Below are positions 53,466-64,000 of a stretch of DNA of 64,000 nt, in pieces (the first letter of the stretch is position 1; each line of letters starts with the position of its first letter). This DNA is from Octopus vulgaris (taxonomy: Eukaryota). The DNA is taken from contig OX597828.1 in assembly GCA_951406725.2 (NCBI GenBank), forward strand, positions 10,044,001-10,108,000, in the 5' to 3' direction. Under the pieces are notes generated by a model. It was not told the origin of the DNA. It ran no database searches and worked only from the letters and a program-made list of their open reading frames with translations. The translations under genes were made by a program, and so were the position numbers.

Positions 53466-54709
53466 TATATTTTATAAAGAAAACATTAAGATTTACTTTC
53501 TGGCCAGCAGTTTCAAATTTTAGAAAGAATGTTGCAGAAATAAATATTAGACGTTGTAAAAATAGATAAAAATAACAGATTTTACAAGCGCCGCTCAAAC
53601 TCCACGCAGCTCAACAAACAGAATACAATCGAGTTTGTTTACAACAGTAAAATTTTTAGTACATAAACATGCTTAAAAGACGCTTTTAACGGCCAAAGCG
53701 CGGAAAGCCTTTCCTTTATAAAAATATATTATCGTATGTACAAATACAAATTGCTTTCTCATTTAATGTTTTGTATTTCCCTATGATGGATTTTCTAATT
53801 TCCCATACGCGTGCATATATATATATATAAATATATATATATCGTATATAACATATACATGCATACATATAAATTTATTTCGCGAGTTAACATTCACAAT
53901 ATAAGAAATAGAAATAAGTTACCTAGGTTTTTTAATTTTTACTTCGGAACATATAGTAATGACCGCATCAAAAAATAAATGTAAATATATTAGTTGTCAC
54001 TATACGACACATGTCAATTTATGTTTATGGCTAAGGTTTATGACAGAATATCATGCGTTATCATACTTGTTAACATATGTTCCTCGATAGTATATAAAGA
54101 TTTATCAGCCATTATTTTTGGTAATATCTCTTATTTCATTTTATCATCTTGGAAACTGCGTCATCTTCGGAAAACACCTAAGTAGAATTTGTAAACTTTT
54201 AAGGTTAGTTTCGTTCCATATTCGTAGTTCTTAAATGTGTCATTTGGTTTTCATACATCTTCCAATTGTACTTTTAAAATTCTGCTTTGTTTATTTTCAA
54301 ACACATCTCAATTTGAAAAAAAATGTTTTGTTTCCATCTTTGATCGTATTTATGTTTAAACAATTGGTAATATTTATTATCCATTCTACAACATGTTTTT
54401 GTTAAAAATAACTGAATTTTTCGCATTAAATAACTTGCACTATATCAATTAAAACCAGTATCTTGTGAATTTTCACTGGTATTGAAAATGAGTCTGAATG
54501 CACACTTAATAATCTTTCATACATAATGAACTTCTGAAATTAGGAGAAATGCTATGCTTCTTATAAGTACTCTTCAGTTTAGAATTAATCGGAAAAATCA
54601 TCGAACACCTTAAAACTTTTCAGATTCTACTCAGGTAATCGATAAAATATGCGCCAATAAATTATTTGAGATATCCAATAGTATGAGCCATATATATTTC
54701 TGGAAATAC

Positions 54710-54801
<92 letters not shown>

Positions 54802-54803
54802 TA

Positions 54804-54961
54804 CAGGCGCAGACGTGGCTGTCGTAAGATGTTTGCTTCTCCATCACATACTTTCGGGATTACTCTCATCGCGTGGCAGTTTGGGTGTCTTGTACTATAG
54901 TATAAAAACGGCCAAAGCCTTTTGAGTGGATTTGGTAAACGGAAACTGAAAGAAGCCCGTC

Positions 54962-55011
<50 letters not shown>

Positions 55012-55154
55012 GTCTGTGTGTGTGTGTGTGTGTGTCTTTCTGTCTGTGTTTGTCTCTCCATCACCGCTTGACAAACGATGCTGATGTGTTTACGTCCCCG
55101 TAACTTAGCTGTTGGCAAGAAACACTGATAGAATAAGTACTAGTCTTTAAAAAG
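54804..55154 (+). mobile_element. Family-1 SINE, 3' end missing
   Basis: CAGGCGCAGACGTGGCTGT...GGAAACTGAAAGAAGCCCGTCG(TA)n...GTGTTTACGTCCCCGTAACTTAGC. Confidence 0.85.
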
Positions 55155-55325
55155 TGATACAAAAAGGGACAACAAAACATCCAGATAGACGATACAAAAA
55201 AGAGGGACGCGTAATTCGAAGCATTTAATCTTCAGGGAAGAACTGGATCCTCCTCGCAATTTCGATTGATTAATCTTGAGATTGCACCAATATGGCCAAC
55301 ACTAAGGAAAAACTAAGCTAAGGCC

Positions 55326-55392
<67 letters not shown>

Positions 55393-55820
55393 CACGCACC
55401 CACGCAATTTTCATAAAAGATCCATCGATAAAGAGGATTCAAAGAACAATAAGATTTTTTTTTTTGTGCTACATTGTTTTCTCGTATTTCATTGTTATTC
55501 CATGAAGAAAGATCTGAATATCATTGAATGTCTTAATTTCTCTAAAAAACCCTCTTTACCAGAATTATATCCTCTCTCACTTCATATATCAATTTTATGA
55601 GAATAAGTATTTTTCTTATATTATTGTCTGATAGAAACACCCGATCAATGTTTGACATCGCGTTCCTGTTGAAGAAATAAACCAAGTATTTCGCTTCATA
55701 GTGGTTTAAATACTGGACATTTGATAGTTGTCTTGTAACCTTGTATGCTAAATGGCAATGATTATTGCACGTAATTTCTTGCGTAAACATACACTCCTTT
55801 ATATATACATATATACTTAC

Positions 55821-55889
<69 letters not shown>

Positions 55890-56129
55890 TATAATTGAAT
55901 AAGGGTAGAAATTGATATTAATCAATTAAAACCAGTGGCCTAGCATATTAAAAAAATCCGAAGATTAAATTACTTTTACATACAAAATTTAAAGAACTGA
56001 CCACAAAAAGTGGACGGTCAATATGCTAGATGTAGACGTCAAAATCGCTATTTTCTACGAAGAATGTGTTCTTAAGAAAAAAACTCAGCACAAAACCAAA
56101 GTATACATATATATATACACACATACGCG

Positions 56130-56293
<164 letters not shown>

Positions 56294-59027
56294 TACACAA
56301 ACACTCATATATATATATATATATACATCCTGGTTCTCGCACTAGAAATTTATTTTGATTTTTTGTCTTGTTTGATTTTTGTTTTCTGCTTTCCTTTTCT
56401 TTTTTTGTCTTCTCTTGCTGCTTTTATTTTTTTTACCAAATTCTTTTTTTATTCATTCGTTCGCATACAAAAACTATTAATATTTAGTAAATATCCATAA
56501 TTCATTTTTTTCTTAAATATCTATTTTCATTTTTCTAAATATTCTACGTGTCGGCTCCATTTTCTTTCTACCGTCCTCATCCCCATCCTCCTTTTTCTGC
56601 AGATGTCCTAAACCCTTATTGCTTCAATTAACTAACTTTTTCTATCTATTTTCCATGATGCTGCACTAATTGCCCAATTACTATTCGACAAGATATATTT
56701 TTTTACATTCTAATAGTTTTTTAAGTATATCGTTTTCTTCTCTTTCTATTAACGACATTTTCATATCGGAAAACTTTCATACCGATTTTCTTTTTTTTAA
56801 ATTCCTTCTTTTGTTTTCGATGTTATTTTTTTGCCTTTCGAAATATGAAATAATTGATTTTATTTATTTTGTTATTTTTTCTTCGACATTTTACACTGTA
56901 TCGGGTTTTTTTCGTTTTTATTTTTATTCGTGACTTTATATTCACGGTTTTATACACTTTCCTTCCGTTTGACAAAGTTATTTCCTTTGTTTATTAGCTT
57001 TTTTTATTAAAAGACATCTACAAATACTTATTTTCATATACAATCTATAGATATTATCATTATGATATTATTACACACATATTATATTAGAGAGTCCATA
57101 ACACTTTGGGATGAATAATAGAAAGTGACCGAAATAAGAAATCAACTTTGTGAGTTGATTTTAATTAGAAGTAACCAAATCACACAGCAAATGCTCAGAT
57201 TAGTTACGGACGTTTTGGTTACCAACGTAAGCATGAATCTTGAAATTTAAGGATTGGCTATACTGGATTAGATCCTCCTGACTACTGAACTGATATTAAA
57301 TTTTTCGGCTCTGGATAGCAAAAAAGTTCATAAGGTAAAGAGACACAGCTAAAGTTTGTAAGAAGTTTTAACTATCACTATATAAAAAACTCCACTGAAC
57401 AATCATAACTATTTTTCCTATTTCTTACAAAGAATATCGGTTGGTTGATTTTTTTTCTTCGATCTACGCATTTATAAGAAAATATATGCCACGACACATT
57501 TTTATTCCCACCCGCAGACAAACACAGTCTATCAGCTTTGCTTAGAAATTCAAACATGCATATACCCAACCATATACACGTGTGTGTGCGTGTATATGTA
57601 AGTGTATGTTTCCGCATATGTATGTATATCAGTTGCTTGTGTTTAGACATTTTATTGACAGAAACGAAATGCACCTTTGAAGGTATATATTTGATTACTT
57701 AGAAAACCGCCAACTTACCTGTTTAATACTTGTTCAATATCTTATTTTCTAAAGAAATAATTCTAATGTCTTAAAATAATATTCGGCTGATCCTCTTTAA
57801 ATAACAACCGATTATCTTATGATTACAAACATTTTATAATAATGTTCAATGATTCCTTCTAGAAACTTTTCTAGCAACGCCGTTATTTTTAGAACAACTA
57901 CAAATAACGGCGAAATTAGCCTTGTATCACACAGTGTAGCAAATATTTTACAAAACACACTGGCGAAAAAAAAAGAAGAAAACATGGTACAATCATTGTT
58001 GGAGAGTAATTCGCTATATATTTTATTATAGATCTGGGTTGATCTACAGTTAAAATATATCAATGTAAATTCGGTTCAACATAATGTCGTTCTCATCTTT
58101 TCTATAAAGATCCTATGATATTTTCTCAACAAGTTGACGATGCTAATATTTTTTGTCGTTGCTTTTGTTCTGTTTCAGGACAAACTTAATATTATTGGCG
58201 AATGATGAATGTAAATTCAGTTGTGTTCGATTTTATTTAATGCTTAGTAATTCTTGGACTGCCTCAACTATTTATGTCTATTTTAAAGCAGTTAGGAGGA
58301 TTTGAAAAAAATTATCCGTTATGTTTTGCATGAGGTATGTCTATGTAGAGACTTTCTCGCTGGTATGCGACGTTTAGCGTGCAATGTGCCGAGAATGATA
58401 AAGCAGCATACGGTATTTAATTATATGCATAAGTATTCATATCCAGTTTTATTAGAATTAAATATGTCATCCAATGAATCATGAGAAATATATTTGAATA
58501 GATTTAATAAAATATAAATAATTTTCACTTGGTATGGGTAATTGTACAGATAGTTAAATCCTTCCTCGAGATTTTGAAGTAAAGTTTTTAAGTGAAGAGT
58601 ATTGGTGGACCCTCGTCGGCTCGATGCATAATGAGGTCACTGGAATCAAAACCTGAAATGGCCCCAACCACACCAGGCAAGACCATGAAACAAGTATTTG
58701 AAACTGCAATATCCATATACTTTATTAGATGATGCAATGTGATTTGAGGGAGATGGTTGTGATATTTCTAACATGTTGTGCGACAGTTCATTTGTAGGAT
58801 CATTAGAGAAGGCCCAGTAATAAACGTGGAAGATAATTATTCATAAATGCATTATTTGCATATCTTTAATGAAGTTATTTAAATTTGTATTTTCAGTGAG
58901 ATAACGTTTACACAAGCAATAGCGTCAACATCAATTTCGTTTTAGTTTGCTCTTGAGGCTGTTTAGAACTTAGCTTCGAAAGAATTTCTCATGAGGCTTC
59001 CTAGTAATTAATATATCCGGGAAGATA

Positions 59028-59234
59028 AGACAGCGAGCTAGCAGAAACGTTGGCATGCCGGGAAAATGCAGCATATTCTCCGTCTTTACGTTCTCAGTTC
59101 CCGTTCCTCTGAGGTCAACTTTGCCTTTTATCCTTTCGGGATTGATATAAGTATCAGTCGAACACGAAGATCAATGTAATCGACTTTCTCCCTCCCTTAG
59201 CACATTACTGACTTTGTGCTAAAATTTGAAACCA
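59028..59234 (+). mobile_element. tRNA-derived SINE (Nin/Deu-like domain)
   Basis: GCGAGCTAGCAGAAACGTTGGCATGCCGGG...GAGGTCAACTTTGCCTTTTATCCTTTCGGG...AAAATTTGAAACCA. Confidence 0.8.
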
Positions 59235-60530
59235 ATATATTCGGCAAGGTACTGGTGGTGTGACATGTGGAAATCGGAACAGTAATTTCTTATAGGTTGA
59301 ACTTAGAAGAATCTTCATTGAGCCGATATATACTAAGTATTTGCCACATAATATTATTACAAACATGTTTAATATATGTTTAATATATGATTTGAAAGTG
59401 TTATCCCAATTCACTATTAATGAAGAAAAAACTAATTTCCTTGCGCGACTTTAACCAGAATAATTTGCATCTATTGCAAACGACATACCCTAGCGTTCCG
59501 GGTATCTTTACTTGTACTGAGTGAAAACAACTACCGATATCCGCATTCGACGTAAAATAAAAAGTTAACTGCGGTCATGATGTGGATGATATGGGGATAA
59601 ATGACTTCAATAAATACAGATAATTACCTGTAATATGTATTGAGGAACGTGAGCATATGAATGTGAAAGATAACCTAAGGAGGAACTAAACCAAAAAAAC
59701 ATCTCAAGGTGACCGACTAGATGCAGCAGGATATTTTATAAATACAAATATGAGTTTTGTCTGATATCTAAGATGGTAAAGATACATAGATCATGTGATC
59801 ATATCCGATTTACGTAAGCGTACTCTCTATCTAGCGTGCTATATCTGAAAACAGGGTTTATCTCTTAAGTATACATTTTATGAGCACGGAACTTATACGA
59901 TGTAAATCATCAAAGCTTTACAATAATTCGCGCATTGAATTGTTTGGTTTATCCATTGTGTTTCTAACGTTTTGTTCTTCAGAAACATATTGCAAATCCG
60001 TACTACTAGCAAGAAGAGCAGTACTAATGACTGTTTCTGCAATGATACCAAAGTAGATTAAAGAAGCAGAAGTGCCTGGTGTTAAAACAAGTGTTAAAAC
60101 AAGTGGTACTCTTAGCACACTGCGCAAAACCGATCCAGTTTTACTGAGAGTTTCCATAAATCTTTGTGCACACAATTTCATTGCAAGAATTAACACAACA
60201 CGAGTCCATTGCCCCGCGATTTTGGGATTGATCATTAAACGTATGCTTCACGTGACATTCAAAGCCATGACTACAGAAAACATTGCTCTATTTATGTTGA
60301 CGAAAAATAACAAACGTATATACACACAAACTAAAATAAACATCTGTCTATCAATACTTGTATATAAATGAACATATTACATCATGTAAGTTTAAATGAT
60401 GTATGTTCGTAGGATGAACATACAAATATTTAAGTTGCATAGAACTTATTTTAATTTTCGTTTATCCAGCCATTCGTTTATATACATATGTGTATGTTTC
60501 TATGTGAGCGCGGATGGGCGGATGCACAGC

Positions 60531-60609
<79 letters not shown>

Positions 60610-60611
60610 TG

Positions 60612-60690
60612 GAGCAAAAACTGTCCGGCCAACGGCAACGGGAAACTCAGAGTAACAGGTTTTGTTGAATTTTCTGCTGCTTTAAATAAA

Positions 60691-60692
<2 letters not shown>
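60612..60692 (+). repeat. Single arm of the 13557-13714 palindrome family, inside (TA)n
   Basis: AGCAAAAACTGTCCGGCCAACGGCAACGGGAAACTCAGAGTAACAGGTTTTGTTGAATTTTCTGCTGCTTTAAATAAAG. The hammerhead core is mutated. Confidence 0.88.
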
Positions 60693-60727
<35 letters not shown>

Positions 60728-61140
60728 CGTGTGAGTGTGTGCGTGTGTATACAACTACAAATATACGTATACGTATTTGTGTTCATCTATATGTGTATGT
60801 GCCTACATGTACCTGCATATAGAGGCTTACAAATACGGTCGTAAAGCAAAATAGTAAGAGTGAAGGTGTGATTTCTCTCTGAGGATGTTCTTGCCTGGCA
60901 TTGTTTCGGGACAAATAAACGAAGTACCAGTACTGTGGTAGTCTTTTTTTTTTACTTTCCTGTATTTGTCTTTTTCCCTACTTCCCTTCGTTTTCGGAAG
61001 TAATGTGCAGGTCCATGTCAAAAATCCGAAGCAGCATTGTGTATCCTGACAATTGTTCCCACAACTTCATTATATATCAGCAGATTGATGGTTAGTATAT
61101 GTTTATTTCTCTCTCTCTCTTTGTCTTTCTCTCTCTCTCT

Positions 61141-61229
<89 letters not shown>

Positions 61230-62397
61230 CATATATACGTATATATATATATATATATCTATCTATCTATCTATTATATATATATATATAAAGATATCTA
61301 TATCTGTGTATATGAGTGCGCGTGCGTATGTGTGTGTGCCTGTGTGTGGATGTGTGTGTCAGTATGTTAACTAGAAATAAATATGTAGCCGAAACTATTT
61401 AGAGTCTAATGTCGAAACATATGGAAACCTGTGAAATCATATAAGCTTCATGCCTTAATAGTCACAATACGTCCTTCGCGCTTTATGCTACTCTTATTTT
61501 TCTATTTTCTTCCTCCATTCATTTTTTCTTGTTTATTTGCAAAGAAACGAGGAGAGTAAAAAAAAATGAGAGAGAAATAGAATGCGAAGAAACATGCGTT
61601 TAAAGTAAATATAAAACATATAATATACAAAAAAACTACCTAAAAGGTATTACTATATTGTTTGCGGACAATATAATCCTTGCATTGTAAACGTACTACT
61701 CACATACACAAACAAGCATATACACACACACTGAAACACGCACCTACACAATCAAATGATGTCTTCTCGTAAATATTATTGCTAAACAAGCCAATATATT
61801 TTTTCTGGAACACTGAGACGTAATTAAGAGAAATACAGACATATAATACTGTTATAAAGCTGTCAAAATTAGTGCCATGTCACTCTAAATTGAAACCTGA
61901 TAATGAATTGTCTGCTTTTATTTTATTTATTTATTTTTTTGTTTAATATTATTTTTTACGTTTGTTTTATCATTTTAGCAAACCCATCTTAGAATTTTAA
62001 TAACTGTTTTGATACTGTGTTGGCTGAATGAATTGTTGAGTATCACGTTCTCAGAATACTTAAAGACAAGCAAGTGGAAAGGAGATGAACGAGAAGAGAG
62101 CTATTTATCAATATTATCTAATAAGGAACATTGTCCATTCTGAAAACAGCTATATTCATTTTCTTGCTGTGGTTGCAACAGAGTATTGATGAATTCAAGA
62201 CATAAAGCTGACAATCACGTCCGTATTGCGCAGCGGGAAACTGTCAAATGTCTGCAGGTGGAGGAAACTTTTCATCAGATAGGAGTCTAAATGTGTGCAA
62301 CAATAGGCATGGCCTCCTAGCACTTATAGACACTGCGTTATATCGGAACTGTGGAGCAAATAAAATTAGCACATTAGCTTCACATACAAACACTCAC

Positions 62398-62436
<39 letters not shown>

Positions 62437-63343
62437 CACAAACTCACATTCACACACGCATCATACACATACTCACACACTCTTCACAGTGGCACTATTA
62501 AATTCAGACACGTATAAAGGCATAGAGCTACACATGTATATTAAATTATTTTAAATCTCTTTTATTCAGAGAATTCTGCACAAATATACAAATAACAATG
62601 CAGGAATGCAGATGAAGCCGAAGATAATATAAGTAATGTACAAATGATTCTATACGTAAAACTATTAACCATATTGCCACCAATTGGTCGCCGAAATGAT
62701 AGACAACATTGAAATATTCAACTTTGTATCCAGAGCAAGTTGATTACGTCACAAGTCAGTATTCTTCTTTCATAGATGTTCAGTCTAGTAACCAGTAAGG
62801 TGGTAAGAATATTGTAGTAAATATTCAACTATGGAAACGGGGGAAACATTCTAAATCAATGACTAATGTGAAATACCTCTTCCCTCTTGATGTTTTCCCT
62901 TTCATACTCCCCACCAATATTTGAGTTATTTCGATTTCCAGCCATTTGTCCTCCTCGAGATACATAAAATTAAAGTCTTCTAACAAGTACCTATGGAACT
63001 ATGAGCTCTAATACAAGAGTTTTCATGTAGATTCAAGAGAAGTGAATTTTGTCTTGACTTCGAACAATGTTTGTAATTTAAGCGTTTTATATCGCCAATA
63101 CTCCGCATTAACGCCGTTTGATAAATATTTCCCATGGGTCGACAAATGGTACAATGAATCTCAGCTTCTGTTACAAGGGAACGACTATAAATCACTGCAG
63201 AAACAAAATCTCTTCGTTCCAAGAGCGCCTTATTTTTCTTTTCTTCGGGGGTTGAATTTTAAATACTCAATGGTGAAAGTTACAACTTACATTTGATGAA
63301 TGTGTGCTGATATGTGATTATGCAGGTATGCAGAAACGCGCGC

Positions 63344-63381
<38 letters not shown>

Positions 63382-64000
63382 GCGTGTTGCCCTGCATATA
63401 TACGTATTTGTGTGTGTGTATTTGTCCATGTTTGTGTGTAGATAGACATGTGTGTAGATAGACAGCGAGTTACAGGTGATGCGTTAATTTACATTCGATG
63501 TTAAGTATACTACGCATTTAGGCTCTCTTTGATGATAGAGATTGACTAGACATCGGGCGTCTTGGAACACAACGGACCGAAGAACTAGACCTTCATGAAC
63601 TTCACCAGGCATTCCTTTGAGTGTATGTAGGTAACATGAAACTCGTTTTAAAATCTAAAATTATATGCACATACACTGAGATCCTGTACGTAAATACATA
63701 GATTAAATACTACTGTGCTTTCTCCAAAATGTTCGTTGTGCATTTGTGTATTATCATTTGTGGGATTATCATATGTGTCAATCCCCTTTCGTTCTAAACA
63801 GAAATAAATCAGTGTATCGTTAGTTGAGGAACATGATATGAGTACGATACGGCAATAATAAATGCTTATTAACTGAAGGCTCGTAAAAATATTTCTAACT
63901 CGTGAAACAAATCAAAGTCGAGGATTTTGTAGCCAATAGGCAATTCCTTCTGGAAAAATTTAATAGACGGGAGAAAAAAGAAAGTTTATCATATATCAAA

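Noticed and set aside
55155-55328. TA-adjacent repeat with CTGAAGA on the minus strand
   Set aside because: It is followed by GAAT rather than GAAA, and no consistent stems form.
59918-60371. Overlapping ~100-aa ORFs on both strands
   Set aside because: No recognisable domain. The region contains a short internal duplication (GTGTTAAAACAA x2). Evidence for coding is insufficient.

Overview
AT-rich, microsatellite-saturated eukaryotic DNA, most likely cephalopod (Octopus). This is inferred from the SINE types and the (TA)n/(CA)n/(TACA)n/(GATA)n load. I can support no intact host gene; nearly all listed ORFs are translated microsatellites. The window is a mosaic of mobile DNA: at least 15 tRNA-derived SINE copies, two decayed Tc1/mariner-superfamily transposons (DD41D and DD37D), a 1.45-kb hAT-like non-autonomous element, three 3' ends of a Tx1/L1-like LINE in a (GATA)n array, and a Penelope-like element with a GIY-YIG remnant. 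The most striking unexplained structure is a set of about nine sequence-unrelated short elements, mostly embedded in (TA)n tracts and often folded into head-to-head inverted repeats. Each carries a type I hammerhead-ribozyme-like fold (CUGANGA...GAAA...GUH with a short or palindromic stem III). One copy (45598-45704) has a fully intact core and stems. Others carry recurrent non-canonical cores (CCGACGA, CUGUCGA). A ~700-bp tandem duplication and a 182-nt poly-T look like assembly artefacts.
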